The notes under the pieces were generated by a model. It did not search any database. It saw only the letters and a list, made by a program, of their open reading frames with translations, and was not told the DNA's origin. A program made the translations under genes and the position numbers. A stretch of DNA of 24,000 bases from Prosthecomicrobium sp. N25 (lineage in GTDB: Bacteria > Pseudomonadota > Alphaproteobacteria > Rhizobiales > Ancalomicrobiaceae): assembly GCF_037203705.1 (NCBI RefSeq), contig NZ_JBBCAT010000001.1, positions 383,418 through 407,417 of the forward strand, in the 5' to 3' direction. Position 1 is the stretch's first letter. Each line of letters starts with the position of its first letter. Shown here piece after piece: positions 1 through 8,475 of this stretch.

Positions 1-3000
1 ACGACGCGCTACCCGGGCGCCTCGCCGGAGATCATGGAGAGCCAGATCACCCAGATCGTCGAGGGTGCGGTCGCGGGCATCGAGGGCATCGACGTCCTGA
101 CCTCGTCGAGCCGCTCGGAGACGAGCCGCATCACCCTCCGCTTCCGCTCCAGCGTGAACCCCTCCGAGGCCGCCGCCGACGTGCGCGACCGGGTGGGCCG
201 CATCCGCGGCCGCCTGCCCGACGCCGTCGACGAGCCTGTCATCCAGAAGGTCGAGGCCGACGCCCAGCCGATCATCTACCTCGCCTTCTATTCCAACCGG
301 ATGTCCGCCCTCGAGACGACCGACTTTCTCGACCGCTTCGTCATCGACCGCCTGCGCAACGTCGACGGCGTCGCCGACGTGACCATCCTGGGCGAGCGCC
401 GCTACGCCATGCGGATCTGGGTCGACGCCCAGCGCCTCGCCGCCTACCGGCTGACCATCCAGGATCTCGAGACCGCGCTCCGCGGCCAGAACGTCGAGGT
501 GCCGACCGGCCGCATCGAGAGCCGCGACCGCGAGTTCACCGTCCTGTCCCGCACCGGCCTGACCACGCCGGAGGAGTTCGAGCGCATCGTCCTGCGCCAG
601 ACCGGCGGCACCCTGGTGCGCCTCGGCGACGTCGCCAAGGCCGAACTCGCCGCCGCCGACAACCGTCGCTTCAGCCGCTACAACGGCCAGGACGCGGTGA
701 CGCTCGGCATCGTCAAGCAGGCCGTCGCCAACCCGCTCGACGTCTCGTCCGGCATCAAGAAGCGCATGGACGAGATCACCCCGGACCTGCCCCAGGGCCT
801 GACCGGCGAGGTCGCCTACGACACCTCGGTCTTCATCGACCGCTCCATCAAGGCGGTGTTCACGACCATCGGCGAGGCCGTGATCCTCGTCGTGCTGGTC
901 ATCTTCTTCTTCCTCCGTTCGATCCGCGCGACCCTCATCCCGCTCGTCACCATCCCGGTGTCGCTGATCACCACCTTCGCGCTGATGTTCGCGCTCGGCT
1001 TCACGGTCAACACCCTGACCCTGCTCGCCTTCGTGCTCGCCATCGGCCTCGTCGTCGACGACGCCATCGTGGTGCTGGAGAACATCCACCGCCGCATCGA
1101 GCACGGCGAGAAGCCGTTCAGGGCCTCCATCGAGGGCACGCGCGAGATCGCCTTCGCGGTCGTGGCGATGACCATTACGCTCGCCGCCGTCTACGCCCCG
1201 CTCGCCTTCTCGGAGGGCCGCACCGGCAAGCTCTTCATCGAGTTCGCCCTGACGCTCGCCTGCTCGGTGCTCGTCTCGGGCTTCATCGCCCTGACGCTCT
1301 CGCCGATGATGTGCTCGCGCATCCTCAAGGAGCACGAGAAGCACGGCTTCGTTTTCGGGCTCCTGGAGAAATTCTTCCACGGGGTCGAGAGCGGCTACCG
1401 CTGGCTCCTGCGCGGCGCCCTCGCCATCCGGCCCTTCGTGGTGATCGGCGCCGTGGTGGTCGCCGGCGTCGCCTGGCAGCTCGCCAGCACCATCAAGCAG
1501 GAGCTCTCGCCCGTCGAGGACCGCGGCGTCATCCAGGGCTTCGGCGTCGCCCCCGAGGGCTCGACCATCGACTTCGTCGAGCGCTACGCCAACCAGACCG
1601 AGGCCATCTACCAGAAGATCCCGGAGGTGAAGGGCATCGTCGTCTCGGGCGGCTTCCCGAACGTGACCAACGCCTTCGCGATCGCCCGGCTGGTCGACTG
1701 GGACCAGCGGACCCGCCGCCAGCAGGACATCGTCCCGACCCTCTTCCCGCAGTTCTCCCGCATCCCGGGCATGAACTTCTTTGCCAACAACCCGCCCTCG
1801 CTCGGCGGCAGCTTCAACGCGCGCCCGATCGAATACGTCATCCAGACCTCCGGCACCTACCAGGACCTTCAGGAGGCCGTCGACAAGATGCTGGCGAAGA
1901 TCCGGACCTTCCCGGGCCTCGTCAACGTCGACACGGACCTGAAGCTGAACCAGCCCCAGGTCGAGGTGCGCCTCAACCGCGACAAGGTCCTCGACAGCGG
2001 CCTGCAGGTCGAGCAGGTCGGCCGCACGCTGGAGACCATGCTGGGCGGCCGCGTCGTCACCCGCTTCGAGCGCTCCGGCGAGCAGTACGACGTCATCGTC
2101 CAACTCGCCGCCGACAACCGCGCTACCCCCCAGGCGCTGTCCCAGCTCTACGTGCGCGGCCAGGACGGGGCGATGATCCAGCTCTCCAACGTGGTCGACC
2201 TCCGGGAGAACGCCGCCGCCAACTCCCTGAACCGCTTCAACCAGATGCGCGCCGCCACCATCACGGCCTCCCTCGGGTCGGGGGTGACCCAGGGCGAGGC
2301 GCTCGACTTCCTCGACAAGGCCGCCGAGGAGGTTCTGCCCGCCACGGCGCGCACCGACGTGGCCGGCCAGAGCCGCGAGTTCCGCAACTCCGCCTCCAGC
2401 CTGATCTTCGTCATGGCCCTGTCGGCGGTCTTCATCTTCCTGGTGCTCGCCGCCCAGTTCGAGAGCTTCGTCGACCCGCTCATCATCATGCTGTCGGTGC
2501 CACTGTCCATGGCCGGCGCCCTCTACGCACTCGACGCCTCGGGCGGGACCCTGAACGTCTATTCCAAGATCGGCCTCGTCACGCTGATCGGCCTGATCAC
2601 CAAGCACGGCATCCTGATCGTGGAGTTCGCCAACCAGCTTCAGGAGAAGGGCCTGCCCAAGCGCCAGGCGGTCCTCGACGCCGCCACCTTGCGGCTTCGG
2701 CCGATCCTGATGACCACGGGGGCCATGGTGCTCGGCGCCATCCCGCTCGCGCTCGCCCACGGCGCCGGCGCCGAGAGCCGCCAGCAGATCGGCTGGGTCA
2801 TCGTCGGCGGCATGAGCTTCGGCACGCTCCTGACCCTCTTCGTCGTCCCGACGGTCTACTTCATGATCGCCCGCGAGCACGCCCGCGACCGCCACGAGGA
2901 CCTCGGCGGGCCGGCGGGCGGCCACGGCGCCCCCGCCCATGACCCCGACGCCCACGGCCACGTGCCGGCCGCCTCCGCCCCGATCCCCGCGCCCGCCCGG

Positions 3001-3285
3001 CGGGAAGCCGCGGAGGTCGCCCCCGCGGCGCCGGCGCCCGTCGCGGCCCCGGCTCCGGCCGCGGTCCCGGCCGCCGAGGCCGTCGCCGCCCCGGTCCCGG
3101 TGGCATCCCCTCCCGTCGCCCCGCCCGCGGCGGAGACTCCCACCGTGGTGGTGGTGCCGCCCCCCGCGGAGGCCGGAAGGCCGGCCGGCGGGATCCGCCC
3201 GGTGCCGCAGCCCATCTACGCCCACCCGCGCGGCAACCCCTTCCCGACCATGCGCGACCCCCGGCCCTCCGGTTCCGGCGCCTGA
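1..3285 (+). CDS. RND (HAE1, AcrB/MdtB-like) efflux transporter permease subunit. The 5' end is cut by the window edge. It carries a 138-aa Pro/Ala/His-rich C-terminal tail.
   Basis: The frame is open from nt 1 (TTRYPGASPEIMESQITQ..), so the ATG at 34 is internal and the true start lies upstream of the window. AcrB-type hallmarks are present: porter-domain N-terminus, the TM4 region GLVVDDAIVVLENI, the second TM bundle FVDPLIIMLSVPLS, and GLITKHGILIVEFAN. Stop is TGA at 3283-3285. Confidence 0.93.
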   Translation, partial: TTRYPGASPEIMESQITQIVEGAVAGIEGIDVLTSSSRSETSRITLRFRSSVNPSEAAADVRDRVGRIRGRLPDAVDEPVIQKVEADAQPIIYLAFYSNRMSALETTDFLDRFVIDRLRNVDGVADVTILGERRYAMRIWVDAQRLAAYRLTIQDLETALRGQNVEVPTGRIESRDREFTVLSRTGLTTPEEFERIVLRQTGGTLVRLGDVAKAELAAADNRRFSRYNGQDAVTLGIVKQAVANPLDVSSGIKKRMDEITPDLPQGLTGEVAYDTSVFIDRSIKAVFTTIGEAVILVVLVIFFFLRSIRATLIPLVTIPVSLITTFALMFALGFTVNTLTLLAFVLAIGLVVDDAIVVLENIHRRIEHGEKPFRASIEGTREIAFAVVAMTITLAAVYAPLAFSEGRTGKLFIEFALTLACSVLVSGFIALTLSPMMCSRILKEHEKHGFVFGLLEKFFHGVESGYRWLLRGALAIRPFVVIGAVVVAGVAWQLASTIKQELSPVEDRGVIQGFGVAPEGSTIDFVERYANQTEAIYQKIPEVKGIVVSGGFPNVTNAFAIARLVDWDQRTRRQQDIVPTLFPQFSRIPGMNFFANNPPSLGGSFNARPIEYVIQTSGTYQDLQEAVDKMLAKIRTFPGLVNVDTDLKLNQPQVEVRLNRDKVLDSGLQVEQVGRTLETMLGGRVVTRFERSGEQYDVIVQLAADNRATPQALSQLYVRGQDGAMIQLSNVVDLRENAAANSLNRFNQMRAATITASLGSGVTQGEALDFLDKAAEEVLPATARTDVAGQSREFRNSASSLIFVMALSAVFIFLVLAAQFESFVDPLIIMLSVPLSMAGALYALDASGGTLNVYSKIGLVTLIGLITKHGILIVEFANQLQEKGLPKRQAVLDAATLRLRPILMTTGAMVLGAIPLALAHGAGAESRQQIGWVIVGGMSFGTLLTLFVVPTVYFMIAREHARDRHEDLGGPAGGHGAPAHDPDAHGHVPAASAPIPAPARREAAEVAPAAPAPVAAPAPAAVPAAEAVAAPVPVASPPVAPPAAETPTVVVVPPPAEAGRPAGGIRPVPQPIYAHPRGNPFPTMRDPRPSGSGA

Positions 3286-3506
3286 CCGACCGGTTTCCTG
3301 ACCTAAGGGTTCTTCCTGAGGTGTTTCGGTTGGTCCGGTACGATTGACCGTCCGAGCGGGGTTCCGAGGTAAGATCGACCACCGGACCGCCCCGCCACCC
3401 GCCACACTGGCATGATTTGCCTCCAGGAAAATTTTAAGCTCAAAGCATTCCCGGCGTGACCGCGGCCGGAGCGGCGGCGGCAGGCCCGGGCTTGCGGGAG
3501 CCCGCC

Positions 3507-5174
3507 ATGTCCCCAGCGGCATCGATCCTCGGCCCTTCGGCCCATCTCGACAGCTTCGCGCGCGACAACCTGCCGGACCGGTCCCTCTGGCCGGACCTCC
3601 TCCTGGACCGCCCCGAATTCCGCTACCCGGCCCGCCTCAACGCCGCCGCGGAACTGGTCGACCGCCATGTCGCCGAGGGGCGCGGCACCCGTCCCGCCCT
3701 GCGCTTCGCGGCCGGCACCTGGACCTACGCGGAGCTGAAGGAGAAGATCGACCGCATCGCCGGCGTCCTCGCCCGAGACCTCGGCCTCGTCCCCGGTAAC
3801 CGCGTCCTCCTGCGCGCCGCCAATACGCCCATGATGGTCGCCGTCTACCTGGCGGTGCTCAAGGCCGGCGGCGTCGTGGTCGCCACCATGCCGCTCCTGC
3901 GCGCCCGCGAGCTGGCCGTCATCATCGGGAAGGCCCGCATCAGCCACGCCCTCTGCGACGCGCGGCTCCTCGACGAGCTCGACAAGGCGCGCCCGTCCGC
4001 CCCGACCCTCGCCTCCGTGACGGCGTTCGGGGCCGGCGACGACACCGGCCTGGAGGCCCTGATGGCCGGGGCCGCCCCGACCTTCCAGGCCGTCGACACG
4101 TCGGCCGACGACGTCGCCCTGATCGCCTTCACGTCCGGCACCACCGGGGTGCCCAAGGGCACGATGCATTTCCACCGGGATCTCCTGGCCACCTGCGACG
4201 CCTATGCGGCCCATTGCCTGAAGCCGACCCCGGACGACCGCTTCATGGGCTCGCCGCCGCTCGCCTTCACGTTCGGCCTCGGCGGCCTCGTCCTTTTCCC
4301 CTTCCGGTTCGGCGCCTCCACCTGCCTGCCGGACAGGACGGCCCCGCTGGACCTCCTCGACGCCATCGACCGCTACCGGCCGACCGTGCTGTTCACCGCC
4401 CCGACGGCCTACCGCGCCATGCTGGCCGAGGCGGGACGCCACGACCTCTCCTCTCTCAGGATCTGCGTCTCGGCCGGCGAGGCCCTGCCGAGGCCCACCT
4501 GGGAGGCCTGGAAGGCCGCGACCGGCCTCTCGATCACGGAAGGCATCGGGGCGACCGAGATGCTGCACATCTTCATCGGCTCCACCCCCGAGGACGTCGT
4601 CCCCGGCGCGACCGGCCGTCCCGTCCCGGGCTACGAGGCCAAGGTGGTGGACGAGGACGGCAGCGAGGTCCCGGACGGCACGCCCGGCCGCCTCGCCGTG
4701 CGCGGCCCGACGGGCTGCCGCTACCTGGCGGACGACCGCCAGGCGGTCTACGTCCGCGACGGCTGGAACATCACCGGCGATACCTACGTGCGGGATGCCG
4801 ACGGCCGCTTCTGGTACCAGGCGCGCTCGGACGACATGATCGTCTCGGCCGGCTACAACATCGCCGGCCCGGAGGTCGAAGCCGCGCTCCTGACCCACCC
4901 GGCGGTCGCCGAATGCGGGGTCGTCGGCGCCCCGGACGCCGACCGCGGCCAGGTCGTGAAGGCCTACGTGGTGCTGAAGCCCGGCGCGACGGCCTCCGCG
5001 TCCCTCGCCGAGGAGCTGAAGGCCCACGTCAAGGCGGAGATCTCGCCCTACAAGTACCCGCGTGTCGTCGAGTTCGTCGACAAGCTGCCGCGCACCGACA
5101 CCGGCAAGCTGCAGCGCTTCGCCCTGCGCGCCCGCGCCGCCGAGGAGGCCGCCGGCGGCTCCGTGGCCGCCTGA
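3507..5174 (+). CDS. AMP-dependent acyl/aryl-CoA synthetase (ANL superfamily; N-terminus resembles the benzoate/2-aminobenzoate-CoA ligase subfamily)
   Basis: AMP-binding motifs are FTSGTTGVPKG, GDTY..DADGRFWYQARSDDMI and PRTDTGKLQR. I moved the start from the track GTG at 3456 to the in-frame ATG at 3507, which has GGGAG 6 nt upstream. The subfamily guess is from memory of the ..HLDSFARDNLP.. N-terminus only. Confidence 0.85.
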   Translation: MSPAASILGPSAHLDSFARDNLPDRSLWPDLLLDRPEFRYPARLNAAAELVDRHVAEGRGTRPALRFAAGTWTYAELKEKIDRIAGVLARDLGLVPGNRVLLRAANTPMMVAVYLAVLKAGGVVVATMPLLRARELAVIIGKARISHALCDARLLDELDKARPSAPTLASVTAFGAGDDTGLEALMAGAAPTFQAVDTSADDVALIAFTSGTTGVPKGTMHFHRDLLATCDAYAAHCLKPTPDDRFMGSPPLAFTFGLGGLVLFPFRFGASTCLPDRTAPLDLLDAIDRYRPTVLFTAPTAYRAMLAEAGRHDLSSLRICVSAGEALPRPTWEAWKAATGLSITEGIGATEMLHIFIGSTPEDVVPGATGRPVPGYEAKVVDEDGSEVPDGTPGRLAVRGPTGCRYLADDRQAVYVRDGWNITGDTYVRDADGRFWYQARSDDMIVSAGYNIAGPEVEAALLTHPAVAECGVVGAPDADRGQVVKAYVVLKPGATASASLAEELKAHVKAEISPYKYPRVVEFVDKLPRTDTGKLQRFALRARAAEEAAGGSVAA

Positions 5175-5178
5175 GCGC

Positions 5179-5198
5179 GACCGCTGGCCCGGGCGGTC
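5179..5198. terminator. Short GC hairpin in the 22-bp gap between the convergent ligase and SDR genes; possible bidirectional terminator
   Basis: gaccgc-tggcccgg-gcggtc forms a 6-bp stem. It starts 5 nt after the ligase stop and overlaps the SDR stop codon (5197-5199). There is no U-tract on either side. Confidence 0.3.
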
Positions 5199-6003
5199 AC
5201 GTGTATTTCAGCGTGATCCCCCCGTCGACGACGAGCTCGATCCCGGTCACGTATTTCGATTCGTCGGAGGCCAGGAACAGCGCCGCGTAGGCGACGTCCC
5301 ACGCGTCCCCCATATGGCCCATCGGCACCTGGGAATCCCGCTTGCGCCACATCGCCTCGACGTCGCCGCCCGCATAGGCCTTGGCGAGCCCCGCCGCGTT
5401 CTCCACCATCGGGGTCTTCATCAGCCCCGGCGCGATGGCGTTCACCCGCACCTTCCGGGCGGCGTACTCCACGGCCGTCGTCCGGGTCAGGTGCGCGAGG
5501 GCGGCCTTGGTGGCCGAATAGGTGCAGTAGGGCACGCCCGTGTAGCGCAGGCCCGCGATCGACGTGATGTTGACGATCGACCCGCCGCCCTGCTCCACCA
5601 TGGGCGGGATCGCGTGCTTCATCGCCAGGAAGGCGGTCTTCAGGTTGACGTCGAAGACCCGGTCCCACTCGGCCTCCGAGATCTCGACGACGCCCCCCAC
5701 CTCGGCGATGCCGATGTTGTTGTCCAGGATGTCGATCCGTCCGTAGCGGGCGCGGGCCGCCTGGATCGCCGCCGCCACCTCCGCCTCCCGCGTCGCGTCG
5801 CAGGTGAGCGGGAGGGCGTCGCCCCCCTCCAGGCGGATGATCTCCGCGGTCTCCTCCGCGGCCGCCGCATTGCGGTCGACCGCCACCACCTTGGCGCCTT
5901 CGCGGGCGAAGAGCACGGCGGTGGCCTTGCCGTTGCCCCAGCCGGGTCCGCTCGACCCGGCGCCCATCACCATCGCCACCTTGTGCTTGAGCCGGCCATG
6001 CAT
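5197..6003 (-). CDS. Short-chain dehydrogenase/reductase (classical SDR family oxidoreductase)
   Basis: Motifs are a Gly-rich NAD(P) site VMGAGSSGPGWGNG, NNIG, and catalytic YSATKAAL (YxxxK). I trimmed the start from the track ORF (6123) to the ATG at 6003 (MHGRLKHKVAMVMGAG), which follows AGGGGA. The upstream 40 codons are Arg/Gly-rich and not protein-like. Confidence 0.88.
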   Translation of the reverse strand: MHGRLKHKVAMVMGAGSSGPGWGNGKATAVLFAREGAKVVAVDRNAAAAEETAEIIRLEGGDALPLTCDATREAEVAAAIQAARARYGRIDILDNNIGIAEVGGVVEISEAEWDRVFDVNLKTAFLAMKHAIPPMVEQGGGSIVNITSIAGLRYTGVPYCTYSATKAALAHLTRTTAVEYAARKVRVNAIAPGLMKTPMVENAAGLAKAYAGGDVEAMWRKRDSQVPMGHMGDAWDVAYAALFLASDESKYVTGIELVVDGGITLKYT

Positions 6004-6142
6004 GAGGCGTCCCCTGTCTCCTGCCCACCCCGTGCATCCCATGAGGCCTCGCCGCCGCGTGCCCGGCAAGGCCGCTCCCGGCATGGCTCCCGCGCGCGCC
6101 GCATCAGTGTGCTTCCGGACCACGCCGGCTGGCGGCTTGCGC

Positions 6143-6159
6143 TAGAATGTTAAATTCTA
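6143..6159. promoter_or_regulatory. AT-rich perfect inverted repeat TAGAAT-N5-ATTCTA, 20 bp upstream of the beta-CASP gene start; candidate operator and/or -10 element
   Basis: The sequence is tagaat gttaa attcta, in the 175-bp divergent region between the SDR (-) and beta-CASP (+) genes. TAGAAT also looks like a sigma70 -10 hexamer, but I see no good -35. Confidence 0.35.
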
Positions 6160-6178
6160 CGACACAGCGGAGGCGCCG

Positions 6179-7780
6179 ATGGCCGTAACGATGCAGGTCC
6201 TGGGGGCGGCCCGGACCGTGACCGGACTTCAGCTCCTCTTCGAGACCGGTCGCACCCGCGTCCTCGTCGACTGCGGCATGTTCCAGGGTCCGAAGAGCCT
6301 GAAGGCCCTCAACTACGAGCCCTTCCCCTACGATCCCGGCTCGATCGCCTGCCTGCTCCTGACCCATGCCCATGTCGACCACGCGGGCCTGATCCCGAAG
6401 CTCGTCAAGGCCGGCTTCCCCGGCCCGGTCTACGCCACCCGCGCCACCGTCGATCTCTGCTCCGCGCTGCTGCCGGACTCCGGCCATATCCAGGAGATGG
6501 AGGTGGAGGCCCTGAACCGGCGCAACGCCCGCCGCGGCCATGCGGAGGTCACCCCGATCTACACCGCCGAGGACGCCCGCGCGGCTCTGTCGAGCTTCCG
6601 GCCCGTCGATCCCGGCCAATGGCTCTCGCCCGCCCCCGGCGTGCGGGCCCGCTACTGGAACGCCGGCCACATCCTCGGGTCGGCGTCGATCGAACTGGAG
6701 CTGTCCGACGGCGGCGACGCCCCCGTCCGCGTCATGGTCTCCGGTGATATCGGCCCCGACGCCGCCGCCCTGCAGCGCGATCCGGAAGGGCCGTCCGGCT
6801 TCGACTGGGTGGTCCTGGAATCGACCTACGGCGACGAGGACCGTCCGGCGACCGACCGGGAGGCCCGCCGGGACCGTCTCGCCGCCATCGTCCGGGAGGC
6901 CTGGGGCGGCACCGGCGTTCTGTTGATCCCCGCCTTCGCGGTCGAGCGCACGCAGGAGATCGCCCTCGATCTCGTCGAGCTGATGCGCCGGCAGGCGATC
7001 CCGCGCTTCCCCGTCTTCGTGGACTCGCCGCTCGCCATCAGGGCGACCGAGGTCTTCCTGGCCCACGCCGCCGAGCTGGACGAGGGCATCGACCTCGCCG
7101 CCGCCTTCCGCACCCCCGAACTCCGCTTCACCGAGACCGCCGACGAGAGCAAGGCGATTGCCCGCATCGCCAGCTTCCATGCCGTCATCGCCGCCAGCGG
7201 CATGTGCGAGGCCGGCCGCATCCGCCACCACCTGAAGCGCTGGCTGCACCGGCGCGACGCCACGGTCCTCCTCGCCGGCTTCCAGGCCGAGGGCACCCTC
7301 GGGCGCCTGCTGCAGGACGGGGTCCGCGCGGTCCGCATCCAGGGCGAGGAGAGCCTCGTCCGCGCTCGCATCCGCCGCATCGACGACTATTCGGGCCACG
7401 CCGACGCGCCCGAGCTCCTCGCCTGGCTCGCCGCACGCGGGCCCGTCGCCCGCGGCGTGGCCCTTGTCCATGGCGAGCCGCCGGCCATCGATGCCCTGGC
7501 GGACCGCATCGAGGCAGCCGCCGCGGCCGGCACCATGCCCCCCGTCCGGATCCTGAAGCCCGCGCTCGACGAGCGCATCGACCTTCGCGACGGCCGCACG
7601 CTCGACGCGCCGCCGAACACGCGCCCGCGCGCCGACCCGGCCCGCATCGGTCGTCTCGACTGGCACAACGACCTGTCCCGGCTGCTCCTCGACATCTCCG
7701 AGGCGGTCGACCGGGCGGCCGACGAGAAGGCCAGGGGCGTCGTGATCCGGCGCCTGCGCCGGGCGCTCGAGGACGAGTGA
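6179..7780 (+). CDS. Metallo-beta-lactamase fold, beta-CASP family hydrolase (RNase J/CPSF-like, probable RNA- or DNA-processing nuclease)
   Basis: MBL motifs are VDCG, THAHVDHAG, NAGHILGS and SGD. Beta-CASP motifs are A (LESTYG), B (YSGHAD) and C (VHGEP). GGAGG lies 5 nt upstream of the ATG at 6179. There is a ~80-aa basic/acidic helical C-terminal extension. Confidence 0.88.
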   Translation: MAVTMQVLGAARTVTGLQLLFETGRTRVLVDCGMFQGPKSLKALNYEPFPYDPGSIACLLLTHAHVDHAGLIPKLVKAGFPGPVYATRATVDLCSALLPDSGHIQEMEVEALNRRNARRGHAEVTPIYTAEDARAALSSFRPVDPGQWLSPAPGVRARYWNAGHILGSASIELELSDGGDAPVRVMVSGDIGPDAAALQRDPEGPSGFDWVVLESTYGDEDRPATDREARRDRLAAIVREAWGGTGVLLIPAFAVERTQEIALDLVELMRRQAIPRFPVFVDSPLAIRATEVFLAHAAELDEGIDLAAAFRTPELRFTETADESKAIARIASFHAVIAASGMCEAGRIRHHLKRWLHRRDATVLLAGFQAEGTLGRLLQDGVRAVRIQGEESLVRARIRRIDDYSGHADAPELLAWLAARGPVARGVALVHGEPPAIDALADRIEAAAAAGTMPPVRILKPALDERIDLRDGRTLDAPPNTRPRADPARIGRLDWHNDLSRLLLDISEAVDRAADEKARGVVIRRLRRALEDE

Positions 7781-7784
7781 CGGC

Positions 7785-8390
7785 TCAGGCCTTCGCGGCG
7801 ACCGCCGCGCCGACGAGCCGCTGCAGACGATCGGGCAGGGCGGGCACGAGGCCGAGGGCCAGGGCGTGCCCCGCATCGGACATCTTCACCCAGGTCTTGG
7901 CGACGATGTCGACGATCTTGTCGTCCTCGTGCCGGGCCGCGAAGGGGACGAACTCGTTCTCCAGGAAGACCAGGCAGGCGCAGTCCTCCAGCGCCTGCGC
8001 CTCCGGGTCGCGCTTCAGCCGCTCCTTGCGGACGATCGAGCGCGCCCGCGCGATCTCGTCCGGCCCGTAGCCCGCCTCCGCCATCAGGGCGGCCGTGAGG
8101 TCGGCGTGGTGGTCCTTCAGGCGGTTGCGCCAGGCGTGGTAGCCGGGCTTGTCCAGCGGGTAGGCGGACCGGGGAATGTCGAACCGGCGGATATGCTGCG
8201 CCCTGACCGCGATCCGCAGGGCATCCGACGCATCCGGGACGAGGCAGTCGAGCCAGTGCGACATGCGTTCGCCGTACAGGACCGCATAAGGCTTCGTCCC
8301 GCCCTCCGCCTCGACGAGGGTCGGGTCGGCCGCGTTGGCGGCGTCGATGGCCGCGTAGGCGCGGGCGAGGCGGTCGGTCGGGTCGGGCAT
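7785..8390 (-). CDS. DUF4202 domain-containing protein (function unknown)
   Basis: A 201-aa ORF with GGAG 6 nt upstream of the ATG. I recognise the sequence pattern (..YGERMSHWL..RAQHIRRF..Y..GYHAWRNRLKDHHA..LEDCACLVFLE..) as the conserved DUF4202 family from memory. Confidence 0.75.
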   Translation of the reverse strand: MPDPTDRLARAYAAIDAANAADPTLVEAEGGTKPYAVLYGERMSHWLDCLVPDASDALRIAVRAQHIRRFDIPRSAYPLDKPGYHAWRNRLKDHHADLTAALMAEAGYGPDEIARARSIVRKERLKRDPEAQALEDCACLVFLENEFVPFAARHEDDKIVDIVAKTWVKMSDAGHALALGLVPALPDRLQRLVGAAVAAKA

Positions 8391-8475
8391 GGGTCACTCC
8401 GGGGCGCGCCGGCGGCGCCGGCCTGTTCTCGCCGCTCCGCCGCCGCGGGGCAAGTCCTCGGCGCGCCGGTGTCTC

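Noticed and set aside
3407-3420. Sigma54-like promoter ctGGCATgatTTGC upstream of the acyl-CoA ligase
   Set aside because: The GG and GC dinucleotides are separated by 8 nt, not the invariant 10 nt of -24/-12 promoters. A similar near-miss occurs on the minus strand at about 20391-20408 (TGGCACG...TC), where the -12 element is TC instead of GC.
3303-5027. 574-aa ORF on the minus strand, antisense to the acyl-CoA ligase
   Set aside because: The translation is Gly/Arg/Ala/Asp-rich low complexity with no motifs. The opposite strand carries unmistakable AMP-binding motifs. Long antisense ORFs are expected at this GC content because stop codons are rare.
6104-7876. 590-aa ORF on the minus strand, antisense to the beta-CASP gene
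   Set aside because: This is the same GC-driven artefact. It has no recognisable domain, while the plus strand has the full set of MBL/beta-CASP motifs.
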